NCBI GenBank assembly: GCA_010909165.1
Contig: MU008174.1
Span: 558,001-622,000, forward strand
From: Anthoceros angustus
Lineage: Eukaryota; Plantae; Anthocerotophyta
Length of the DNA stretch: 64,000 bases
Reading direction: 5' to 3'
Made by a program: the position numbers and the translations under genes. Of this stretch, positions 38,576 to 49,535 are shown piece by piece. Under the pieces are notes generated by a model. The model was not told where the DNA came from. It saw only the letters and a program-made list of their open reading frames with translations, and made no database searches. Numbering within the stretch: the stretch's first letter is position 1; each line of letters starts with the position of its first letter.

Positions 38576-41020
38576 TCATGGTGGAGAGCACCTGTTTCTT
38601 TCAACCGTGCTGGATGCTTCCCCTGCCAGGAAACTATGCACCAGACCATCCATATCTGTCCACCAGCTCTGGCCTGGCTGCTTCCATGCCCTAATTCTTA
38701 GTCTCCTCACCTGCATCTCCTGAGCCTGCTCCCACATCTGGGCACCAATGTATACGTTTGACATCAACGCATATGCTGCAGCATCTTTACTGTCAAGCTT
38801 CACTGCTTCATCGAAAGCATTACAAGCAACCTCCACATTGCTCCACTTTCTACAAGCACCCAATAGAGTGTGCCAAACTGCAGCATTTGACAGTTCAGAC
38901 ATTGTTCTTACGAGAGCTAGTGCCTCGTCCAATCGGCCTGCACGACCCAGGAGATCCACCATGCATGTGTAGTGGTCTACTGTGGCAGTGATGCCATAGT
39001 GTCTGCTCATAGCCTCGAAGTACTCTTTCCCCTTGTTCACTAGACCCGCATGACTGCATACTGTCAGTACAGAAATGAACGTGATACCATCTGGGTGTAT
39101 GCCATCCTGCCTCATGTGCTCGACCAAGCCAAAGACCATTGCACTGTCTCCTTGGCGAGTGTATCCTGCAATCAGTGCATTCCATGTGACAATATCTCTT
39201 TCAGGCAATGCCTCGAACACCTGATATGCATCGACCATGCTCCCGGACTTCCCGTACATGTTTATCAGACTGCCGGCTACAAGCAAATCAGCTTGAAGCC
39301 TTTGTTCTTGAATCTGTGCATGCAGGTGCTTTCCAACCTGCAGAGCTGCCACATCTGCACATGCTTGCAAGAGGCACACAAATGTCACAGAAGTAGGTAC
39401 AGCAGAACCGTCTTCGACCATTGCAGCATAAACATTAAGGGCTTCCTGACCCATGCCCTGCTGACAATACCCAGCGATCATGGCATTCCATGTCACCACA
39501 TCTTTCTGACCAAGTCCATCAAATACCCTCTGCGCATCTTCCAAGCTGCCACACTTTGCATATGTGTTTACCAAGCTGCTGGCTAGAAATGCATCGCCTT
39601 CAAGCCCTCGTTCTTTGATTTGTGCATGTAGCTGCCTCCCCTTCTCCAAAGCCATGGTGCCTGAATTTACATATGCCTGCAGGAGGCACACAAATGTTAC
39701 GGAATCAGGGGAATCCATGCTGTCAAAAGCCCCTTGGGCATCTTCCAAGCTGCCACACTTTGCATACATGTATACCAAAGTGTTGGCTACAAGCACATCA
39801 GCTTGATGTCCTCGTTCTCTGACTTGTGCATGAAGGTTCTTTCCCTTCTCCAAAGCCAGGGAGCCCACACTTGCACATGCCTGCAGGAGGCACACGAATG
39901 TCACAGAATCAAGTGCAACAAATCCTTCTGTTTCCATAGCACTGTAGAGATGAAGGACTTTCTGTCCCATCCCCTGGTGGGCATACGCTGCTATCATAGC
40001 ACTCCACGTCACCACATCTTTGTGATCAACTCCGTCAAACACTCTTTCAGCGTCTTCCAGGCTGCCACACTTCGCATACATGTTTATCAAACTGTTGGCT
40101 AAAATCACATCTGCTTCATGTCCGCGTTCTCTAAGTTGTCCATGAAGCTGCCTCCCTTTCTGCAAAGCCGAGGTGCCCACACTTGCACAAGCCTGCAGGA
40201 GGGACACAAACGTTACAGAATCGGGTGAGGCCACGCCTTCTTCTTCCATAGCACTGTAAAGTCTAAGGGCTTCTTCGCCCATGCCCTGCTGGGAAAACCC
40301 AGCTATCATGGCATTCCATGTAACCACATCTTTGTGACCAAGTCCGTCAAATACTCTCTGAGCGTCTTCCAAGCTGCCACACTTTGCATACATGTCCACC
40401 AAGGAACTACACACAAACAAATCAAGCTCAGCGCCACTGGCTATCACATCACTGTGCACCTGCTGCCCAGATTCCAAGTCTGCTCCCCTTGCACAAGCCT
40501 GAAGGGCTGCCACAAATACGTGCCCATCTGGCTGCACGCTTGACCTCCGCATTTGATGATACAGCTCTATGGCCTGCTTGTCTTTTCCTTGTTTGACATG
40601 GGCAGAAATTATGGAAGACCACATGAAGACATCTGGTTTGGGGACCACGGTGAAAACATCTATGGCTTCTTGTAACTTGCCATGAGAAGCATACATTCTC
40701 AGAATGTGGTTGCACAAGAACGTGTCCGATTCGTACCCCTTTCGCACCGTGAGAGCATGGATACGGCGACCCAGGATAAGATCCTTCTGGGCAACACAGC
40801 TCTTGAGGACAGTATAAAGGAGAGATTTAGATATACGTGTGTGTGTCTGCTCTAGAACTCCCAAAGCCTCCACAGCCTCCGTCAGATGGCCGTTTTCACA
40901 AAGCTTGCTCACGTTTACGCCGGTTTCATATCCTGCAGGCCTGCGAGGCTCACACTTATCCAGCACGGTCCAGTTGGATGTACCCATCTGCATATCCAGA
41001 GAAGGAAGCTGTGCATCCAC
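38576..41020 (-). CDS. Intact PLS-class PPR protein (E domains plus truncated WW-type PG-box), probable organellar RNA-editing factor
   Basis: 814-aa open frame of P-L-S triplets, E1/E2, ending KQPGQSWWTDMDGLVHSF; no HxE..CxxC DYW core. TAG acceptor at 41021 suggests an upstream exon. Confidence 0.96.
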   Translation of the reverse strand: MDAQLPSLDMQMGTSNWTVLDKCEPRRPAGYETGVNVSKLCENGHLTEAVEALGVLEQTHTRISKSLLYTVLKSCVAQKDLILGRRIHALTVRKGYESDTFLCNHILRMYASHGKLQEAIDVFTVVPKPDVFMWSSIISAHVKQGKDKQAIELYHQMRRSSVQPDGHVFVAALQACARGADLESGQQVHSDVIASGAELDLFVCSSLVDMYAKCGSLEDAQRVFDGLGHKDVVTWNAMIAGFSQQGMGEEALRLYSAMEEEGVASPDSVTFVSLLQACASVGTSALQKGRQLHGQLRERGHEADVILANSLINMYAKCGSLEDAERVFDGVDHKDVVTWSAMIAAYAHQGMGQKVLHLYSAMETEGFVALDSVTFVCLLQACASVGSLALEKGKNLHAQVRERGHQADVLVANTLVYMYAKCGSLEDAQGAFDSMDSPDSVTFVCLLQAYVNSGTMALEKGRQLHAQIKERGLEGDAFLASSLVNTYAKCGSLEDAQRVFDGLGQKDVVTWNAMIAGYCQQGMGQEALNVYAAMVEDGSAVPTSVTFVCLLQACADVAALQVGKHLHAQIQEQRLQADLLVAGSLINMYGKSGSMVDAYQVFEALPERDIVTWNALIAGYTRQGDSAMVFGLVEHMRQDGIHPDGITFISVLTVCSHAGLVNKGKEYFEAMSRHYGITATVDHYTCMVDLLGRAGRLDEALALVRTMSELSNAAVWHTLLGACRKWSNVEVACNAFDEAVKLDSKDAAAYALMSNVYIGAQMWEQAQEMQVRRLRIRAWKQPGQSWWTDMDGLVHSFLAGEASSTVERNRCSPP

Positions 41021-41559
41021 CTACGGTCCTTTAGATAGCCCAAGAGTGAACACAGCCTACAGCCACCGGCAGAACCTCATAACCACATGCAAAACAACAA
41101 TGGGTTGCCACACAATTTCTGTGCTTTGCTTGTGTCAAACTCCAGGTGATGGGACTATGTCTAGAGCACGCCATACACTAGAACCTACAAAAGCACGCTC
41201 CTTTGGAGGACTAGCCAGAACTTTATTACAGTCCACTACGGATGGTCATCCACCATGGACTTACACTAGGATCCTAGGACCCTGTCGGGTGGGCTAGAAG
41301 ATTGCTGATACAAGACGCAATGATCTCCCAGATCTAGCACGTAACCTTCTTTCCTCATTGAAGCAATAGCAGTTTGGGCCTTAGCCGGGGATTCTAACCA
41401 ACAAACTGTACACCGATCATTGACCTTCGCGTTTGGTGATGCAGCTCTATGGCCTGCTTGTCTTTTCCTTGTTTGACATGGGCAGAAATTATGGAAGACC
41501 AGATGAAGGCACGAAATTATGGAAAATCACATGGAATGTGGGACTTCCTCCCATAACCA

Positions 41560-42450
41560 CCCAAGGCCGAGTGAAGAGGGGCAGAATTTTAAGGACTGAC
41601 TATAGCAACGAGCAAGGTTTCTACAGCAGCACCAGCAGCACCAACACCAGAAGCTTGCACGGGCCGGAATGTTGAAAGCTTTAGAACCGACAAAGATCAT
41701 CACATAGACAACAAAAACCCTACTGGACTGAGCACAGGCTGAAGTTGGTATAGCCTGGAGCAGGGTTTATGCTTCCGCCTATGACTCCGCTAAGCCCCAG
41801 ATGCCTGGAGGGATTGGCATAGAGCTGCAGCAAAAACTGGGCAGCAGGTGCGGATTTGTTGGGCCCCGTGGGGTTGAGTGTCTTTGTACTTGGCTTGGTG
41901 GATTTATGTGCAAAATGCACCAGTCGTTCCATCGACTCAATGGTTGTAGGAAAGATGTGGTGCGATGGACTTCCAGTATAGCAAGATGTTCCCAGAAGGG
42001 CAGAAGGCAGGAACTTGCTTCCTTCTCTTGAGGCGCTTATAAGGCGTTTCTGCACTGGATTGTGTGACATTTGTGTGTCTCCTTCAGGTATGTGCACGGG
42101 GTACCCCAGCCATGGAGAATAGAATCAATCCATGCACAGATCATGATAGATCAGGGTCCCTACTCACGGTTGATGTCGATGTATGTCGCAGTCGAGTAAC
42201 AGCAGATATATCCATGCAGAGTGGGGCAGCCTAGCCGTAGGGTACGCTCCGAATGTGTGTGATCCACTTTGTCAAACAAATGTGCACGACCGCGAAAAGA
42301 AGCCAATTGTTGCACCCAACCCTGTCACACTTGTGTGCCCCCTGGAGGAATGTGCAAACTTGGCAAGCATTGCATCTGGGAAGGCTAGCTCAATACACAA
42401 ATCCAAGATGAAAGTCTGATCTTCTGCACATGTCCTTAAATCGACCCAAG
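41560..42450 (+). pseudogene. Decayed PLS-PPR gene relic
   Basis: KDVVRWTSSIARCSQKG, AEWGSL and PNPVTLVCPLEECANLA are recognisable degenerate PPR motifs. Confidence 0.65.
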
Positions 42451-42911
42451 CAACTATTATGTTGCATCAGAAATGCCGGTAACTCAAACCAAAGAGCCTA
42501 GCTGTGCCCCCTTCACTTCCGGAACACTCGTCACTCGCTCCTTCAGGGACCTACATAAACTACTAACACATTCTCTGCGAGGAATTCCCTGCCAGCCACA
42601 CATTATTGTACATCGTCCCATACGTTCATGACAGGCCAAACAACTTTGTGCTGTCGGCTTTCGGCTGTCGGTCAGAGCACGATGGTGCGCACTGATGGAT
42701 CCCTGCCCGATAAGACGATATGTGCGTTCAATCAGGCGACCAGATTGGTGTCCAGCAGCCTCTCACTCCCACGTGGGTCCCGGCAACGCAGCTCGTATGT
42801 GTGCCACCATTCGCTTCCTCTCTCACAATCTAGCCACCACCGGTCCAGAGCTCCGAAAAATCTCTCCCTCCACGACCAACTACATACAGGCTCGCATACT
42901 TATAGTCCGCC

Positions 42912-43550
42912 ATGCCCGAAACGACCCACCAGAGTAGCACCTCATCCATGGCCGCTGTGGCCGCACTCCGAGCCTCGGCTCTACCATCTCTCCTCATTCT
43001 GGCCGCATTCTGGGCCCCGTCGCTCGCATCTCCCCACAGATCGCCCAGGCCGTACACGCGCCCGAGCCCCAAGCACGAGAAGTTCACCGAGCTCAGCTTT
43101 TTCCTGCACGACGACGTCGATGCGGCCAACGCCAGCGCCTTCTTCGTGCTGCAGCCCATAACGGGCTTCCCGAAGGATTTCACGGCACGGGCGCTGTTCG
43201 GGGCCGTAGTGGTGATGGACGACCCGCTCACGAAAGGCCCGGACCCGGCCTCCACGCTCATCGGCCGGGCCAAGGGCTTCTACGTCTGGGACAGCATCAA
43301 CGGCCAGCCCGCCCTGGAGTTCGTCTTCACCGCCGTGTTGAACCACAAGAGCGGCTTCCAGGAAGGCACCACCGTCTCCTACCGCGGCTTCGACTACATC
43401 CCGGACGTCGTGCGGGAGCTCTCCATCGTCGGAGGCACAAAGGATTTCAGGCTCGCCCGAGGCTGGGCGCAGTTCTCCGTCGTCGAGACCGTCGGCTTCA
43501 ACGCTGTCCTCAACTTCACCTCATTCATCTTCCACGGCGCTTATGAGTAA
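42912..43550 (+). CDS. Dirigent family protein (secreted), single exon
   Basis: Hydrophobic signal region; FFLHD, FGAVVVMDDPLT..LIGRAKGFY and RELSIVGGTKDFRLARGWA dirigent motifs. Start may be the ATG at 42948. Confidence 0.96.
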   Translation: MPETTHQSSTSSMAAVAALRASALPSLLILAAFWAPSLASPHRSPRPYTRPSPKHEKFTELSFFLHDDVDAANASAFFVLQPITGFPKDFTARALFGAVVVMDDPLTKGPDPASTLIGRAKGFYVWDSINGQPALEFVFTAVLNHKSGFQEGTTVSYRGFDYIPDVVRELSIVGGTKDFRLARGWAQFSVVETVGFNAVLNFTSFIFHGAYE

Positions 43551-43764
43551 AAAGCGCCGGCGCCAGCAGAGCAAAATGGCTTAGGCCAAGTGGAGTGGAC
43601 TCCCTCTACACCCCAAGGGGGACCCGAATGGGGAAGTCTAGGGATGCCTGCGGTGCTAGTAGCCCAGGGTGCTTGGGTGCACTTCAAATAAATTTTTGGA
43701 TTTATTCGTTCCCATGGTGGTGGATGTTATATGTGTGTAAGATGTATGTAGATCATGTACCATA

Positions 43765-43866
43765 TGTATGTGGATGGATGGCATGTGGCATGTGGTGGAT
43801 GGTATGTGGCATGTGGTGGATGGTATGCGGCATGTGGTGGATGGCATGTGGCATGTGGCATGTGGA
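43765..43866. repeat. Minisatellite of 7/21-bp units (TGGCATG / TGGTGGA / TGGTATG)
   Basis: Directly visible tandem repeats. Confidence 0.9.
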
Positions 43867-44239
43867 GCTACATGACCATGGTCCCACATGTCCATTTATT
43901 TAATTAGTTCCATATAATCGATTTTAAAAGATATAGGATAAACGGGTAGGAGGATATCTTTAAGTAAGATATCTAGAAATACATACAATATTTGGTAGGT
44001 TATCATCGAGAATAAACAAAGAGGGTATTGAGCATAAGGCCTAAACATATGTATGCAGGAGCTGCAATCCAATATATTGCATCTTCGAATCTAGGCTCCC
44101 ACACTAAGCATATATGTGTACCAATAAGTTTTCTGCGAACTCTCCATTATCCACTCCTACTTTTGTGATTCGTGCACATTTCGCGTAATGAATACTTCCT
44201 CTCCATCTTCGTACTATATTATAAAGACCAAAGTGCAGA

Positions 44240-45803
44240 TGGTGATGAAAAAAGAAAAATTGTGTGAGTACAAGAAGCAACAAACTTAACACAACCAGCA
44301 AGTTGGTATCCCAAAGCTAGAATGATCAAGCGCCAGGTAATCTACCATTTTGGTCCGACTAATAGCGGAAAAGCATACAATGCATTGCAAATCTTAATAC
44401 TAGCAGGTACTGGTATTTATTGCAGCCCCTTACGTAAGTCTTCTTGCTATGGAAGTATTTGAAATGATGAATGCGAAGGGAGTTCCTTTTATTCTACGCA
44501 TTGGTCAAGAGCATGTAGACAATCCTGCGGCTCATCGTCTTTCTTGCACCATGGAGATTGCTTGCTTGGAGTAGTATTGGGACGTGGCTGTTATAGATGA
44601 GGTTCAAATGATGAGCAACAATGAGCGAGGAGGGGCATGGACAAGAGCATTTCTGGGTCTACAAGCAAAGGAGGTACATTTATGTGGAGATGCAACCTCG
44701 ATTGAAGTGGTCCAATCCCTTTGTAAAAATATAGGAGATGACTTTGTCATGAAGCAATATGAGAGGATGAAACCTTTAGAAGTTTGTGAACCCCTTTGTT
44801 CATTAGAACATGTGCCAGCAGGAGATTGTTTCATCGTCTTTTCAAAAAGAGACATTTTTACAGTGAAAAGTATGATTGAGACAAACACTAACCACAAGTG
44901 TTGTGTTATTTAGGGAGCTCTCCTCCCTCAAGTACGAGTGGAACAAGCAGAGTTGTTCAATGAGCTGAACAACAGATATAGCGTTCTCGTGGCAACGGAG
45001 GCCATCGCTACGAATTTAAATTTGAACATTAACAAGATCATATTTTTGACACTAATGAAAAGAGGATCTGAAAGAATTGACATGTCTTTATTAAAACAAA
45101 TCGTTGGAACAGCTAGGCGTTGGAGTAGCCCTTTCGAAAAGGGTTTTGTAGCAATGGCAATGAATAGCACAATAGATGACATCAATTGTATCACTGAGTG
45201 CTTGGAGAAAGAATTGGCTCCCGCCACATATATAAGTTTGCAGCTCACATTGCAACAGATTGAAACTTAGGCTACTCAGTACGTGCTCCGGTGGCAATCA
45301 CGTAGTGTAAAGTTGATTGATATACTAGTGGAATTTTTATCTTTTTCTAAAATATATAAATGCACATACAAGATCGACAATGTTACCACAAATATAATTT
45401 CTATTGCAAGATCTTTTGAATATAACATATCTATATCAGACTTGTACACGATTTCTTGTGCACCATAAGGCATCCTTGTCGAAATCAAACATGCAAATCC
45501 ATAAAGATGCTTCAATGTTATGTGAAGGCATTCAAAAATGGGATCATTGTGGAGCTTGGAGTAAAACTACCAGATGCAACAGATGATAATTCTACACAAT
45601 CAAGTGCATTAGAGGACATGTATGAAGTAGTCCTTTTTTATGTTTGATTAGCGCAAGACTTTCAGCAGCATTTATTTCCTTGCGTGAAACTGCGATTGAA
45701 TTGGAAAATCAATATTTCTAAGTTAATCAATGAATCCTTAGCTCATTGGAAACAAATGTCTAGCGATCCACCTCCTTGGGAAGATGAATACTTGTGTATG
45801 TGA
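44240..45803 (+). pseudogene. Intronless SUV3-like SF2 helicase pseudogene
   Basis: WYPKAR, GPTNSGK (motif I), GIYCSPLR, AVIDEVQMM..RGGAWTRAFLGL..EVHLCGD, GDCFIVFSK, VLVATEAI and KQIVGTARR are SUV3-type motifs; several stops and frameshifts. Confidence 0.88.
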
Positions 45804-46999
45804 TGACATATCAACAACAAGATCCTCTATGTCATTTATCATAAATGTTATCAACTTTTTATTTAATTATTATTGTAAAAATATTATTTTAATATAATAT
45901 TATCTAATTATTAATTACGTTTAAAAAAATCGTTTAAAGAATTGGCCTAAGTTGCCTCTCGCATACAATGCCTCCATATCTCTTGAGCATATCCTTGCAT
46001 CTGGGAACGCCTCAAAAACCAGCCTTGAAAATGGTTAAGCCATATCCCTTCCAAAACATGCCCGTACTCAAGCACTACTCAACCTATGCGCCCATGTAGT
46101 CTCAAACCAAGAAAGAAACAAAGGTCGAAAGTCGAATGATGCGTCGGAAGGCACCACGGTGCATTGAATGATGGATTCAAGAAACAAGCACCAAATAAGA
46201 TGCTTGCAATCAAAACTGCGAGGACACGCTCAAAACCCGTAAAGAAAGAATACGTGCGCCGGTAAGCTGGCGCCTTTGTTTGTTTGTTACGGCCCATTTT
46301 CTTACGGCCTTGTCCAAGGCACCAAAAATTTGGACCATCAGATAAGTATGCATGTACTAAATTAGCTTTCCATTTCTTGAGGGATTGCTGAGTTTTTTTG
46401 AAGATTCAGATCAATCACTGTTTTAGAACATTCTTTTATAAAAATATTTCACATTAAAATTTATTTATTTTCTTTATACATCACATTATATTATACATAG
46501 CACACTAAGCATAAGTAAGATATGGCTGGCTAGGCTTGCACATATCTTGGCCTGGTTTTGACTTGTCCAAGCAGAATGGTGGTTTCAATGCTCTAGCTGC
46601 TTGCAACTCATGTGCAACTTTTTGCAAGAAGTGTACGCTGTCCGGCAATGTTGAACATTTGCCTTATTAAACGTGGCATTTTCACTCCTGGCCTTGGGAA
46701 TGGATGTATGAGCTCTATCTCAATTTTGATGGAAAGCCACTCTAGGAATCATAGGCCTAAGAATGGGCAAGTTATGCTTCCACTTTTCCCAAGCATAATA
46801 TGATTATAAATGTCATTAGGTACTACAATTTTTTAAGTTAAGACTTCAAAGACAAGAGAGTGTATATGATATCTAACTAAAAGTTCTGGTACAATGTGAT
46901 AATTAAATTATAGATTAAAAATTTAAATAGCTCTAGATCTATTGGATGCGGCTTTTGAAAGCATTTACACCATAAAATGAAATAGACTGTCTTATTTAT

Positions 47000-47704
47000 C
47001 TAAAAATAGTTCTCTTCTCCTGGTTCCCATTCTATCGGTGGCCATGTCAAATTAAGTTTCTCGCTTATCTCTTTGAGTATAGTGACACAACTCTTTTTTT
47101 TTGGTTCTCTGTTGTCTTCTTGTGCCCTATCTATCTCTTTGAGTACAGTGACACAACTCTTTTTTTTTGGTACTATGTCTTCTTCTTGTGCCCTATCTAT
47201 TTCTTTGAGTACAGTGACACAACCCATTTTTTTTGGTACTATGTCTTCTTCTTGTGCCCTATCTATCTCTTTGAGTACATTGACACAACTCTTTTTTTTT
47301 GGTACTATGTCTTCTTCTTGTGCCCTATTTATCTCATGCACTTTTCGTTTCTTACAACCATTTAAATTTCTTTGGTCGTCTCCATATACGGCTGGGTTGT
47401 GCGTATTATGCGTTGATCCATTTGCTCGATTAGCATCTCCAATCCACTTGAACCATCTTCTTGTTGATTCTCTTTCGTTCACATGCGACACACCCGCTTT
47501 CTTCGTCACATCACTCGAGTGGATGGAGTTTATCACAAATTCGTATCTCTTTTGGAGGCTCTTAGGATCAGAAAATTCGGGACGCTCGCCTTTATTTGCA
47601 ACGGGTGCAACTCGATGAGTCTGATACACACACTGAGATGAGTGATCGTGCTCGTCATTTCTTTGGTGATGCATCTCAAATGGTCTAGCCTGAGGGTGCT
47701 TCAT
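47000..47704 (-). CDS. Hypothetical protein with four 22-aa C-terminal repeats
   Basis: EI(D/N)RAQEEDIVPKKKSCVTVLK-type unit x4 (66-bp repeats). Confidence 0.5.
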   Translation of the reverse strand: MKHPQARPFEMHHQRNDEHDHSSQCVYQTHRVAPVANKGERPEFSDPKSLQKRYEFVINSIHSSDVTKKAGVSHVNERESTRRWFKWIGDANRANGSTHNTHNPAVYGDDQRNLNGCKKRKVHEINRAQEEDIVPKKKSCVNVLKEIDRAQEEDIVPKKMGCVTVLKEIDRAQEEDIVPKKKSCVTVLKEIDRAQEDNREPKKKSCVTILKEISEKLNLTWPPIEWEPGEENYF

Positions 47705-47960
47705 TGTCTTCTCCCTACTTTAAATTTGGTGGCGCATTTCAAGTGGTCTTACCTGAGGGTGCTTCGTTGTCTCGTCCCTACATAGCTGGCGTATTTCAAG
47801 TGGTCTAGCGAGAGCAGGCTCTGTTGTCTTTTCCCAACTTTGGTGGCGCATTTCAAGTGGTCTAGCTCGAGGGTGCTCCATTATCTCCTCCCTACTTTGG
47901 TAGCGTATTTCAAGTAGTCTAGCCTGAGGGTGCTTCGTTATCTGCTCTTCTCTAAATCTG
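47670..47960 (-). repeat. Five ~60-bp tandem repeats (also at 12450-12735)
   Basis: Core TTTCAAGTGGTCTAGC..GAGGGTGCT repeated; reads in frame on the minus strand as 20-aa KHPQARPLEMRHQ-type units. Confidence 0.85.
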
Positions 47961-49511
47961 TATCTTCTCTAGCTTTGTGTTACCTTCTCTTAGAGTGGCT
48001 TACGAACAACCTCAAGATTCAAAGCGCAAAAACAAGCTTGATAAAAAGTTACAATAGAATAAAGTAAGGTGGTCTCTTATATATATTTAATGAGGAATCA
48101 TGTGGCACGATATCCAAGGAATATTTAATGTCTCAAGAGTCGTTATCCAAAGATCTTTAGGAGTCTATTGCATCAAAGAAAAAATTACGTGATTTAGTTA
48201 TTGTAGGTGTGCAACGGAAAAGTTTGGTCATCTAAGTTTTTGGCAAAACGCGAAAAGAATTGATGCCAATATCGGAAGGTTCTAGTAGGAAAGCTTTGTG
48301 CGGATGGTTGATGGGATAATGACTACCATTTGGGTAGGCAGTAGAAGGCTTGTAAGCCTCCAAACCGGTAGGGTCGTGTCTTGGGATGCAATAGGTAGGT
48401 GGTAGGTACGTCGTTCCGTAGGATGTCCGTAGGTGGACCAGGACTTAACTGATTTGGGACACCTGTAGGGGGTCCGGGACTTGCTAGTTTGTGGGCAGAA
48501 GGGTTAGTAGGGTAGGATATGTTAGAAGTCCACTTAATATGCATATATAGGGGAATCAGAGGTTTGAAACACCGACGATCGAGGACCAAAATCTCCTTGG
48601 ACTTTGGCTAGGAATATTCAAGCAGGTAGGAAGTCCTTGGCCTTTGGGGTTTCGGTAGGAAGATCCTTGGTTTTGGTAGGAGTAGGATGAGGATGAAGAC
48701 ATGCATGTCAAAGACCAAGGAGAGAAACTTCCTTGGAATTTGGGGGTTTCATTTCCTCGAATATTGTGCAGTAGGGCTATATATGCATGTTAGTTAGACT
48801 ATATATAGAAAATGGAGCCAGTTGATCGAAACCATCGAGGAGGACACGTGGCGCACATTGGGATGAGGCGCAACTGAAGGACCAGGTCGGTTTTGCATGT
48901 ACCTGCGCCCTTTGGGATGTGACCTGACAAACCTGGCGGCTGCGAGCACGAGAGAAAGAAGGCAAATCTCGAGCGCGTTGCCAGAGAGCGCAAGCTGAAG
49001 CTGCGTGATTGAGCGGACGTGCTCGCAAGGTAGAGATTGAGGAAACATAGGTCTTGCAAATGCCAAGGCGGGGCAGCGCTTGGAGCGAGGTAGCGGTGAA
49101 GGCACGAAACGGCGCAAAAGCTCCTGGCAACCCTAAGCTGTGCATGTTGGAGTGGAGCGAGCAGGGGGCATCGTGGAGCTTGGAGTGGAGTTGGAGTTAT
49201 GCTGGTGTGCGCACTCGTGAGCGGGGGCGTCTATTAGGGAGATGATGTGATAGGGATTCCTTTCTCGCCGGCTTCAAAGTGGGAGTGTTGGAGGGGAGAC
49301 TGAAGGGAATTTTTGAGGAGTAACAGTGTCTAGGGAAAAACGGCTTAGACCACAAAGCCCTTTAAGGCTATGGGGGATACACAATGCGCACCCTCCCCAA
49401 AGGTGACGTTAAGCCCATCTTTAGTTTTGAATGTTTGGGTGCTGGGAGGAATCCCATCAAAATAGACAAAAACCATTAAACTTAACGATCGGAACAAGAA
49501 GATTGTTTATG

Positions 49512-49535
49512 AGTGCGCCGGTATACCGGCGCACT
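49512..49535. promoter_or_regulatory. Perfect 24-bp palindrome AGTGCGCCGGTATACCGGCGCACT (duplicate at 50686-50709)
   Basis: Sequence equals its own reverse complement; function is unknown. Confidence 0.7.

Noticed and set aside
36447-40600. Plus-strand ORFs up to 256 aa over the PPR genes
   Set aside because: Antisense shadows of repetitive PPR coding sequence.
43595-43903. Trp/Met/Cys-rich ORF
   Set aside because: Translation of a minisatellite in the dirigent 3' flank.
47670-47960. Possible CRISPR-like array (also 12450-12735)
   Set aside because: Units are similar along their whole length with no unique spacers, translate as peptide repeats, and there are no cas genes in this eukaryotic context.
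44000-48207. Helitron as carrier of the SUV3-like unit
   Set aside because: No Rep/PIF1 motifs and no convincing TC start or hairpin-CTRR end could be identified.
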